DNA of 64,000 bases from Paraphysomonas bandaiensis (Eukaryota; Protista; Chrysophyceae): contig CBFFRP010000565.1 in the NCBI GenBank assembly GCA_965644295.1, positions 35,953 through 99,952 of the forward strand, in the 5' to 3' direction. Below, piece by piece: positions 40,281-52,500 of the stretch. A program made the position numbers and the translations under genes. Position 1 is the stretch's first letter; the number at the start of each line of letters is the position of its first letter. Below the pieces are notes generated by a model. The model saw nothing but the letters and a program-made list of their open reading frames with translations, did no database searches and was not told the origin of the DNA.

Positions 40281-41741
40281 CTATAACTCGCTACCGCCAA
40301 ATTTCAATTTTTTCATTTTTTTCTTAACGCGGGTTTTTGATGTCACTGAGCCATAACTTGTTGAATTTGACTTCGTTTCATGTTGTAAATAGCTTGGGTT
40401 CCTCTCATCATAGACGAGAGGAAGAAGTGGGTGGTTAATGTTAGTCATGGGTTCGAGGTCAGGAAGCCAGTCTTCGTAGCTCACTGCGTCTTCATATGTG
40501 AAGGGCCGGTGATGTCTTGTTGTGTTTCCCGGGAGGTCCGGTAGTACTCGGGCGGTATTGCTGACGTAGCTGAATGCTATCGCCATCCTGCGTTTACAAA
40601 TCGGTGTAAGCAAACGATATGTCATAGATGGGATGAACTGGAGTACCGTGGAGGCCGAGTGTTCGGCTGGACACGAGCAGTATGCCATGTCCATCCATGA
40701 TGAACAGTGCAGTCCCCGACCTCCAGGCTACCCGCAGATGAAATATCGTATCGATCAGATAGAATCATTTTTCGCTGTTCGTACCTCATATCGCTGGGGA
40801 ACCTGCACCATTACCCATTATCATAATTATTACAATCATAATAACCCATAGAAGCACACCAGTGTAAGAAGCTAACGTCTCGGTGAGACCCAGTTGCGAA
40901 AACGACTAAAGAGTCATTTAATTGGGCTGAAAGCGGTGTTAAAGGACACCAAAAAGTCAGATAACCATTAAACCCAGTGTCCAGGGGGACCATATTCAGA
41001 TCCTGCACGAATAGCACACTTGAAAATTCATTACACTAAAATAGCATCCAATGCATTCCTACACAATGCAACATACATTATGTACGGCAAACTTCCTCTA
41101 TTTGGTGCTGTAAAGAGAATTACCTGATGCCATCCCGTTTCTTGATTTAGAGTCCGATTGCTCTTCTGAAATATCGCCGTCTGATATAGACGGATCTGAG
41201 GATCTTGAAGAAGTCGCGCTGCCACTAATCCCATACGTTTCGAGGTCGCAAGTTTGTGCACTGCATCGTTCCATCGATGGGGATTAAGGGATTGATAGTA
41301 AGGAAATCCAACAGTCTTATCACTACCATCCCCTCTATACTTCGCGTTAGCAACCAACATACAACAATCTAGATATCTCATTCCTTTGTCAGTTACTTGG
41401 TGCACAGCAGATGTCGGTAAATATGTGGCATTAAAATCATCAAAGTTCCAGTGTCCACATCTCTCCTTGAAGCCATCACAGTTAACACCATGAACATCAT
41501 TCAGCCACTTGAAGGTCGCAGGGACATATTTAAGCCTTGCTCTTGCCTCCGCCTCATATATATTTCTAGTGATAGAGGCATCAGAGAGATCAGGCAGTAA
41601 GTTTCTTATAGTCAGCCAGCCGCGATGAAGGAAATTAATAACATCCCCTTCAGACACAACGGCAGTGTCCAGTGAAGCCACAGCCTCTAAAGATATCGTA
41701 CATAGATACAAGGGGCAGAAGAATAGGTGAAGAGATTTCAT
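40281..41741 (-). CDS. Phytanoyl-CoA dioxygenase (PhyH)-family Fe(II)/2-oxoglutarate dioxygenase with an N-terminal signal-like peptide
   Basis: Three exons; FLHRGWLTIRNLL; TGWHQ|DLNMVPLDT (HxD formed across an intron); LTFWCPL; LVFATGSH; a distal His in HHGWTWH. Confidence 0.8.
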
Positions 41742-42355
41742 CACTCCAACCAGCGGGTGGTTGAGAGATAGGCTGCTCTATGTCAACCTCTTTCAACTAA
41801 ACCACACACTGACCTGCTGTACATGCACCTGGTACCGATGCACTCCATGTACTCCATGTCCAGTACTGCTGTACATGCAACAGTACTGCAGCACTGTAGA
41901 TGCATGCATAAAAAATATGCGTTTCCGGACTTCTACGAGAAAGTCCATATCTAAAAAAACACCCATCTGATAACTGCAAACAAGATTATCGAGTTGAGAC
42001 ATGACATCCAATCATATGAATTTATGCAATTATAATTGGTGGAAATTAGGCAGTTGTTCGATATCTGGAAAAAAAAATTATGCAGAAATATGGTACAGTA
42101 GTAGCAGTACTCTGCGTATGTATGTATGTATGTACAGCAGTATATCTTCGACACAAAAAGAATATGCGTGAGCTGATCTGCCTGCATATATACACAGCAC
42201 AATAAAATAAGGCGCATGGCATGCTATGTCAGTGATGTTGTGACCATTAAGAGGAAGAAGAGCAATGATCAAGTCGAATAAAGCGTCAAGATACTCATGA
42301 TTTGCGTCTGGATCATAAGATAGTACTAACTAGAAGTGCATACAGTGTCTCTGAG

Positions 42356-44872
42356 ATGGCAACGTGGACACTGAACATGTTCCTGTTAGAGTGCAGAATA
42401 GTGGTGTCAACTGCTGTCGTTTTATTCCTTTGGTACAAACTCAGAATGCTGGATAGTATTCTGAAGCCGTACATTGAGAGCATGTTGTCCAGAAGAATGT
42501 GTCTGCGAGTTGAATGCAGCGACTTGCGGCTCGATATATTCAATGGGAGGTGTGAGATATTTGACGCGACTGTTTTTCATCCGCCTTATGACGAAGATTC
42601 GCGCTGGAATTTTGAATATTTGGCATATGCGGAAAAAGTGTCATTCTCATTTGACCCTGTGAAGTCATTGTATGCCTTTATCCGAAACCAATTCAAGCTC
42701 CTTGTATTTGACAGAATACTGGTCAGTAGCGTGGATGTTTACGTCGAAGGATATGAAGAGGCCGGGAAAAAGACAGTTCTTAACTTGAAACTTATTGGCG
42801 GTGAAGTTCCCAGATATATTCGAAAACGAAAACCCACCATGGTTGAGGTTCGAAATAAGGAGAGGGAGGATCGCCGGAGAGAGCGGGAGCGAAGGGCACT
42901 GGAAAAGTACACTAAACCTCCTGTCAGCAGAGATTCGACTCGACAATCGCTTCAGCGAAACCATCGTACCGAAGCTATTTCTGACCCTGATACAGTCGTA
43001 CGTAAAAACTCTCCTCGTACCACGAACAGTGCTACTGATGCCTCGGGAACACGAACATCCACTCTGCCACTCACTGAACTCCATAGTACTTCATTATCCA
43101 TCTCCCACACGCCAGCTAGTCCTCACTATGACGGACAGGTATGAACTTACAACCATATATTTAAGCGCGTGTGCCTGCTAAAGTATTCAAATAGGGAAGC
43201 TCTTCTGTGTTACAACCAAGTTCTGGGCCATCCTGGGCATCCACCGCCTCATTATTCAGGAGCAGCATCACATCAAAACTTCAGGAGTGGCATGCCGAGG
43301 TCTCTCTGTGTCTTCTTTATTTTTGCCTAATTTGTATCACATAGGTTAAGGATCAAGGGCTCATGACTACGATGAAATCGAAGACAGCGCTTGCATTCCA
43401 AGCAACCGTGAGCACAGTAGATGCAGTATACAAGGTAATACAGCTTGTAGTTTCTATATCCGAGCTTATTGACTTCAATCAGAGTGCAAAGAAACACATA
43501 GGAAATAGTTTCCAATTGAGAATTGCGATGCTTCATGAAAGGTGTGCACTGCATTGACACCTATATTGTCCTTTACATATGTTTTAGACTCCGGGGAGGA
43601 GAACCGATCGCGTTTCCTCACGAGTTCTTGATACAGGCGAATGCAATCATACTTAGCGACATTGAAGTTAATCTTTGGCACGCCTTGCCTCCCTCATTGC
43701 GGCAGTTTGAGAAGAGGTGGGTGTTACGGTCGAACTGTTCATATTCAGTTGATGTTTACATCTGGTGAAATGAGCCCTTCAAGAGTATATTGCTATGCAC
43801 ACGTTACTACCACCTATTGAACATTGTATGTGTGGTATAGGCCACTCCGTGTTCCAGAGGTTTCATTGCGGGATGTTAATGGACGTCAGATAATGGAGTT
43901 CACTGTGCGTCCTGGAGCACCTCCTGCGGTTGGAATTACACGTGTTGGACCCAACACAGTAGGGGCCCATCGCTATCCCACCACAAGTCATGCAGCGGCC
44001 GAAATCAATGCTGGTGGCACACGTGATGGAGGAGAGGGTGAACAGCCTGTACGATTGGTGAGCAGTGAAGATCTACGCAGACATCATGGACAGTTGGTTA
44101 GGGGAGACAACGGGGAAGTTGTTCCCTTCGACGTTGTGGACCCCAGCCTCCCCATTCCTTTGTCAACATCTACTTCGGATGGTAATGAAGAGTATATTGG
44201 TGGAATAGAGGCGACTTGGTCAGATGTTGGTAGCGAGGGGGAAGAATTCATTGCTGATAAGAACGTGCCCTGCGCTGGTCCTGTCAGTGACAGAAGTATT
44301 ATGCATGACGAACTTGTGGTGAATTCAAGAACAGCTTGTATCTCAGCAATAGTTGAATCGTCATCAGCAGAAGAATCTGCAGCAGTTATATCAAGCGAAA
44401 CCACACAGTCTCGAAGATTAAGCGGTAATTTTGGTGATAAGTTGAATGAGTGCGGTTATTCAAGTACTTTCCACTTTAACGAAATTGACATAGATGAATA
44501 CGCAGTCAAGTTATTAGATGAGCTCTCCGATCGCGTAGCATCATCATTCTGGGCAACTCTAGAGAGTGTTATAAAATATAGCAGTGATCTTGGTAGAGAA
44601 GAGTTCAGTGGTATTCCGCTTTGCGTTGTATTGTATAAGCTAGAACGGATATTGCTGTACGAACTACTGAAAGACAACACAGGTGAGCTGTTATTTAATC
44701 CATGTATCCTTCTGAGTCGTCCTCTCTAGGAAGACTTCTACAAGACGCCTGGAGTGATTTCAGCAGTGCATTCAAATTGGATGACTCAGATGATAGCGAT
44801 GAAGATGACGACAAGAACTTTATCGCGGCACAAACGCACGCTCAGCATCCCCTTTTTGCAGTTCATTTGTGA
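42356..44872 (+). CDS. Uncharacterised multi-exon protein with an N-terminal membrane anchor and a possible AsmA-like beta-rich domain
   Basis: Long ORFs 42302-43144 and 43824-44729 are linked by short exons; a hydrophobic segment IVVSTAVVLFLWY is followed by beta-rich ..LRLDIFNGRCEI..VDVYVEG..LNLKLI; acidic final exon stops at 44872. The family call is weak. Confidence 0.55.
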
Positions 44873-45210
44873 ATACTCCCCCACTTGCCATTGTAACACG
44901 TACACGTAAGTCTTATGTAGATGTCAGTAGCCTTGTACTTCTTTGGCATCTCTACGATGTATTTTTCTGTCGTATATATATTTAGTGTAGGTATTATACT
45001 ATACTTTGTACTATTGAGCCTCACTTGTGGGCAAAGACAGTAGGTGCACACACTGCTTCTTCTCGTAGGCTACAGATAACTTGTATTATATTATTTCTTG
45101 CTTTATATTGTTCTTTGTACACGAATAATGAACATAGAATGGTATGAGCTATTTCTGAGATATATAGGTGCTTCTCGCTTTTTTAAATAATTTTATAGCC
45201 CATAGGTGTA

Positions 45211-45727
45211 GTAGCGAATGTCTTGTTAATAGCAATAGGCGTTTGAGAGACAGAACTCATTTAGTGCTTAACTCTGATATCCTACTATTTAGCGCTATAA
45301 AAGCTGCTTGTGCGTCACCGCAAGCGCCAAGGTGCAGCCAGTTTCGCTCTATCACTCGAGGCAAATGCAGTAAGCAAGCAGAATGTTGATATGCCTGCTG
45401 ACTTAAGGACTTTAGAGTCCTTAAGGTGAACAGTCCGGATGCTTGACTTCAGTAGACAGCCCAATATCCCGGTTACCCTTCAAGTGAGCTCATTCTTGGA
45501 TACATGTTCATTAGTTAAGGCCCAAAGACGTCTACACAAGAGTGACACTTATATTTGTGTCCCTTCTACCACGGCTATGAGAGTGGGCAGAACGTTATCT
45601 GTTGTCTACGTTTACGGCTCACGTTCGTTTCCTGAAGAAATTTCTCCGGTACTTAACTCCCATGACACCACGAAAAGGTGCGAGTCCGACTTTGTTGAGG
45701 GCTGGGTTTGAAAAAACAAGACTAGTG
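45211..45727 (+). repeat. Most complete copy of the unclassified ~500-bp repeat family also seen at 26-28 kb
   Basis: Shared blocks atcctactatttagcgcta..aagctgcttgtgcgtc.ccgcaagc.ccaaggtgca and tctccggtactta..cc..acaccacgaaa..tgcgag.ccgactttgttga. Confidence 0.7.
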
Positions 45728-46079
45728 GCAATGGAAGTGTGGTAGCACAGCATTTATGAAAAAGGTTCGATAAATTACCTTGGTCTTTGTTGTCAGCTTT
45801 ACAGAATGCAGTGTTAATATATAGCACAATAAATCCCATGCCCTGATGTATGTAACATCTAGCAACGCGACGCCACACAACTCGGAGAGAAAGTTGCCAC
45901 AGATTTGCGAGCATTCAAACCCTTCAATGTTCAATCCGAAGCATAACTGAATGACTGGCTTGGGAATCGTTGCGAAGAAGTGATTAAATAGCGCTATATA
46001 CCGGGTAAATACGCACAAAGGTAAGTAAAAAGCTTTATTTTTCGCAAATTACCGTACTTCCTAATTATGACCCTTTGTC

Positions 46080-47750
46080 GACGCCTTCTATGTATTGCAC
46101 AATTAAGAAGAAGCGCAAGCTTGTGCGTTGCCGCGACCAGCCTAACAACTCGCGCGACGCAAAGCAAAACTGGACTCTCATCTAGTTACAACTGCATGCA
46201 CCGACAAGTGCCTAACTATATAACACGACTTTTAGTTAGCTGCATGGGCATACGACGAGTTGCGTGTTTAAGCCGGATCATACGCTCCTGCCCAAAATCT
46301 ACTTGTGCCCTACTAACACAAACAATTTGCAGTCGGTGTCTTCGGCATATGCCTCCTGTATATGCGGCAGATCTTTCGGGCCCTCTTCAAGGTGGTGTTC
46401 ACAGCAGCAGGTAGTCTGGAGGGGAGAGTAGAGTAGCTTTAGCGCCGGGTCCTCCCACGATCACGTGCAATTTTGCACTCTGACACATGAAATCTGTTAC
46501 AAATTCAAGCTGACTCCAGTGTCTTTCCTCCATTATGTGCACTCGTCCAGCCCATGCATCCACCTTGCACTCCTCTCCCAAGTGACTTACGCTAGTAGGA
46601 AACCGTGCACCTTCTCCGCTCGGATAGAAACCTACTAAGTAAGAAATAACATAAAGAGAAGAGAAGAAGGGCGCTTTACAGTGTAATTGCAATGTATTGT
46701 TGTACAATTCCTGAATCATTCATCCCATGCGCCTAGAAACTCTGTACACTAGAAACTACCAGCTTTTTTTATAGAACTGTTCAAAATATTCAGAAATAAA
46801 TATATTCCAAACATATATTTCAAATACTTTGTGTAACACAAATACCCACCTTCAGATAGGTGATAGTACATAAATCGGAATTCTATGTTTTTCAACTCCT
46901 ATTTTAAGTGGATTAAACTAAGAATTGTTGTTATTTTAACTGGGGATTTCACCTAGCTATTCTTATATTCTCCATATATTGTAGAAATATATCCTCTACG
47001 GGTTAGGGCTAGGTATTTCTAATTGTGCTATACAAGGGTTGTAGCACGTATGTTCGGTTCCATTGCACTGGAGGATTCCTATGGGCCCTCAACAAAGCCG
47101 GACTTGTACCATTTTGTGATTGTGGTGACACACGCAGCTTTCGTAGCGTTAAATAGTATTAGAGTAAAGCACCAGTTAGATAAATTGCATGCTGCTGTAA
47201 ATTACTTCTGACTCTTAAACATCTATTGCTAATAAATTATTCACTTCCTGGCCCAGAAATTAGATTATAACAAAACTTTGGCACAGGTACATTGGTAATT
47301 TTTATGTTATCCTGTCCTTAGTAGGCTTCCATCTAAGGTGAGAAATAGCACGGTTTCCCACTAGCGTAAGTTGCTCTGCAGAAGAGTGCAAGGTAGATGC
47401 GTGTGAGAAACGAGTGTATACAGTGGAGGGACGACTTCGGAGTCAGCTTAAATTTGTAGCAGATTTAGGTAAAAGTCTGTTTACTCTACTTTCCGCTCGC
47501 TTACCTTCTACAGTGAACATCACCTTGGGCCCTAGAAATTAGCCGCATATACAGATTACACGTACCTCAAGTTTTTTGTTGATTGGACAAGTTGCTTATT
47601 ATCGGGAATACTCATCGTATGCCAATGTTGCTAACTAAATCGTGGTGTATACTTTTACACTTGTCTGTACATGGCATAGTATCATATTGTTACGATTATT
47701 GTCCCGCGAGTAGTTTAGTTGTCAACGCACAAGCTTGTATTTCTTAATAA
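46080..47750. repeat. Pair of diverged inverted repeats (about 46080-46640 and 47315-47750)
   Basis: aaatctgttacaaattcaagctgactcc..ccaccttgcactc..cttacgctagtaggaaaccgtgc..cctactaag is mirrored by cttagtagg..gcacggtttcccactagcgtaag..gagtgcaaggt..ggagtcagcttaaatttgtagcagattt. Confidence 0.75.
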
Positions 47751-49598
47751 AAAGACGGTATTATACAAAACTGGTACAAATTTATATTGCTATAAAGTTT
47801 CTGTGTCACCACTTGTACTATATATATGATTTGCTATGCGGATTATGAAAAAGACGCAAATCTTTCTCGTCATAAACTTTGGCAGCAATCGAAGAGCAAA
47901 AATTGCTGCTATATTGCAGAGTCTTTGAAGGAGTAGGGTTGCCTTCACTGGAAACACACATGTAGGATTGACGGTTTAATAAACGTTATCAGAAAACATC
48001 TGGGACTGAGGTTGTAGATTCGATGTAGAAACTGTATCAGTGATCTCTAATATCTCCAGTGGGGTAACTATCAATGAACAAAGACACCGGATAAATTGAC
48101 GCATGCTGACCACCAGAATAAGATGACTGAAGTCCAAGTGAGCGCATCCTAATCGTCGACATGGATTTGCACATATATTGAGAATCAGCATGAGTAACAA
48201 AGCAGGGGACAGCAGTGATTCTATGCATAGCGCAGGTAATGGCATTGGCACTGAAACGGTGGTACTCGTGTGGTATTAGTGAGGTTATAAGTATACGTAA
48301 TGCAGGCGGTATCTAAGGTCAGCTGTTTGGTTACCCTATCTATAGGTGGGGTAAATAGGTATATCTAATATCAATACGTTGGCACTTATACGTACCTTAC
48401 AGGCTCCATATGTACAGAATTAGACGCACCGATGTATTTTGTAGAATGTGAAGTGAACTCTTGTGTAGGAAAGCGCTAGCAAAAGATTAAATCAATAAAT
48501 TCATTAGAGATCAGTTAGTGAATCTGCATCAATCATTTCTCAAAATTCATCTTTAAAATACCACAATTACGTGAATGAGAACAGTTAATTCAGATGCTGG
48601 GTTCAACATCAGTTATACTCGAATTTCCAACAGAACGCCCATTTAAAAACAATATAAATTCCGCATACTATACGATAAACTACAGCAATACTTGGCATAT
48701 TTACACTACGAGCTACGTTTTACGACAGCCCTTGAAACGTAAGTATCACTGAGAATCCCCTGCTTGATGAAATGCGTATCCATGAATATAAGCTATATTA
48801 TCTGCTCCATAGGAGTTTGCACTTATTGGTTCGTATGTATATTCAAGCTTAAAATATCTATTATTTTTATAAGTCTTCCTTGTCAGTAAAATATCTGTAC
48901 TTTTGTAAGAGCTCATTGTCATTCGTTAAGAATTACATTTGGCAACTGTTGAAACGTTTTCTACTACACAGAGAAACAGTTATATTACTGTAAAGGAAAT
49001 CAATTTTACATCAAACAGAAGAGAAAAGAGACAATGTAATCACATAGCGGTATCACTGACCTGTTCGGTGTAAAATATTCACGCATGACTGGTGGTTGGC
49101 TTCGTTGCGGCGTTGGAGCTATCAGTTGGTTTTCACGATGCAAATAATTGCGTGTGAGGCCACCAAAATAAGCTCGCTTCTCGTTGGCCATGATTCCACT
49201 GTGCGGATAATACAGGTGCGGTGTGTGCAATACAGGCACTAATTATGTATAGGATTATCCTTTAATGACTTTTGCTAAACAATACCACAGAAAATACGTG
49301 TTGTATAGCATTAAGCATGCATTGCAAATCCACCTATGAGATAAATACACGACAAAACTGGGCAACGAGGTGTTATCCTGACACGCCAAAATTTAGGCGT
49401 GCACAGACCACAACTAAATTTCCGCTACACTTGAACGTAAGTTGATGGAGTATATTCCTTGGACAAATACAGAAACAAAATGGAACAATGCTATACCAAA
49501 CAAAATAATCGTCTGATATATTAGTATACCAAAAGCACAGATCAACATTAACTATAATACAATATGCAATTCCACATACAAGAACAAAATATATACAT

Positions 49599-52500
49599 TC
49601 ACAGCATTGCAGTTTTTTGCTCAATGACTACAACTCTATTAATCAAATCTTGCACAAGCTTCTTCAATAACGCATTCTCCTCAGTTAATTTGGATATCAA
49701 AACCTCCATCTCCTCAAAAGAAACAGAATTCATAGACAACAATCGCCTAGATATTTGCTGATGATCACCAGTATAATATACATCTCCAATAACTGTCAAA
49801 CCACCAGTAATATGCAAACCACTTCCACTAATGGAAACACCACCAGAAACCTTCAAACCACCCGTCATTACAGTAGAACCACCAGTTACAGTGAAACCAT
49901 CAGTGAAAACACTAGAACCGCCAGTTACTGTCAATCCAGAATCTAATACGGATGAACCACCAGTAACCTTCAAACCACCCGTCATTACAGTAGAACCACC
50001 AGTAACTGTGAAACCATCAGTGAACACACTAGAACCACCAGTTACTGTCAATCCAGAATCTAATACGGATGAACCACCAGTAACCTTCAAACCACCCGTC
50101 ATTACAGTAGAACCACCAGTTACAGTGAAACCATCAGTGAAAACACTAGAACCGCCAGTTACTGTCAATCCAGCATCTAATACGGATGAACCACCAGTAA
50201 CCTTCAAACCACCCGTCATTACAGTAGAACCGCCAGTTACTGTCAATCCAGCATCTAATACGGATGAACCACCAGTAACCTTCAAACCACCGGTCATTAC
50301 AGTAGAGCCACCAGTAACTGTGAAACCATCAGTGAAAACACTAGAACCGCCAGTTACTGTCAATCCAGAATCTAATACGGATGAACCACCAGTAACCTTC
50401 AAACCACCGGTCATTACAGTAGAACCACCAGTTACAGTGAAACCATCAGTGAAAACACTAGAACCGCCAGTTACTGTCAATCCAGCATCTAATACGGATG
50501 AACCACCAGTAACCTTCAAACCACCGGTCATTACAGTAGAACCACCAGTAACTGTGAAACCATCAGTGAAAACACTAGAACCACCAGTTACTGTCAATCC
50601 AGAATCTAATACGGATGAACCACCAGTAACCTTCAAACCACCGGTCATTACAGTAGAACCACCAGTTACAGTGAAACCATCAGTGAAAACACTAGAACCA
50701 CCAGTTACTGTCAATCCAGCATCTAATACGGATGAACCACCAGTAACCTTCAAACCACCCGTCATTACAGTAGAACCGCCAGTTACTGTCAATCCAGAAT
50801 CTAATACGGATGAACCACCAGTAACCTTCAAACCACCGGTCATTACAGTAGAACCACCAGTTACAGTGAAACCATCAGTGAAAACACTAGAACCACCAGT
50901 TACTGTCAATCCAGAATCTAATACGGATGAACCACCAGTAACCTTCAAACCACCGGTCATTACAGTAGAACCACCAGTTACAGTGAAACCATCAGTGAAA
51001 ACACTAGAACCGCCAGTTACTGTCAATCCAGCATCTAATACGGATGAACCACCAGTAACCTTCAAACCACCCGTCATTACAGTAGAACCGCCAGTTACTG
51101 TCAATCCAGCATCTAATACGGATGAACCACCAGTAACCTTCAAACCACCGGTCATAACAGTAGAACCACCAGTTACAGTGAAACCATCAGTGAAAACACT
51201 AGAACCGCCAGTTACTGTCAATCCAGAATCTAATACGGATGAACCACCAGTAACCTTCAAACCACCGGTCATTACAGTAGAACCACCAGTTACAGTGAAA
51301 CCATCAGTGAAAACACTAGAACCGCCAGTTACTGTCAATCCAGAATCTAATACGGATGAACCACCAGTAACCTTCAAACCACCGGTCATAACAGTAGAAC
51401 CACCAGTTACAGTGAAACCATCAGTGAAAACACTAGAACCGCCAGCTACTGTCAACCCAGAATCTAATACGGATGAACCACCAGTAACCTTCAAACCACC
51501 GGTCATTACAGTAGAACCACCAGTTACAGTGAAACCATCAGTGAAAACACTAGAACCGCCAGTTACTGTCAATCCAGCATCTAATACGGATGAACCACCA
51601 GTAACCTTCAAACCACCCGTCATTACAGTAGAACCACCAGTTACTGTCAATCCAGCATCTAATACGGATGAACCACCAGTAACCTTCAAACCACCGGTCA
51701 TAACAGTAGAACCACCAGTTACAGTGAAACCATCAGTGAAAACACTAGAACCGCCAGTTACTGTCAATCCAGAATCTAATACGGATGAACCACCAGTAAC
51801 CTTCAAACCACCCGTCATTACAGTAGAACCGCCAGTTACTGTCAATCCAGCATCTAATACGGATGAACCACCAGTAACCTTCAAACCACCGGTCATAACA
51901 GTAGAACCACCAGTTACAGTGAAACCATCAGTGAAAACACTAGAACCACCAGTTACTGTCAATCCAGAATCTAATACGGATGAACCACCAGTAACCTTCA
52001 AACCACCCGTCATTACAGTAGAGCCACCAGTTACAGTGAAACCATCAGTGAAAACACTAGAACCACCAGTAACAGTAAAACCAGCATCTAATACGGATGA
52101 ACCACCAGTAACCTTCAAACCACCCGTCATTACAGTAGAACCACCAGTAACTGTGAAACCATCAGTGAAAACACTAGAACCGCCAGTTACTGTCAATCCA
52201 GAATCTAATACGGATGAACCACCAGTAACCTTCAAACCACCGGTCATTACAGTAGAACCACCAGTTACAGTGAAACCATCAGTGAAAACACTAGAACCGC
52301 CAGTTACTGTCAATCCAGCATCTAATACGGATGAACCACCAGTAACCTTCAAACCACCCGTCATTACAGTAGAGCCACCAGTTACTGTCAATCCAGCATC
52401 TAATACGGATGAACCACCAGTAACCTTCAAACCACCGGTCATCACAGTAGAACCACCAGTTACAGTGAAACCATCAGTGAAAACACTAGAACCACCAGTT

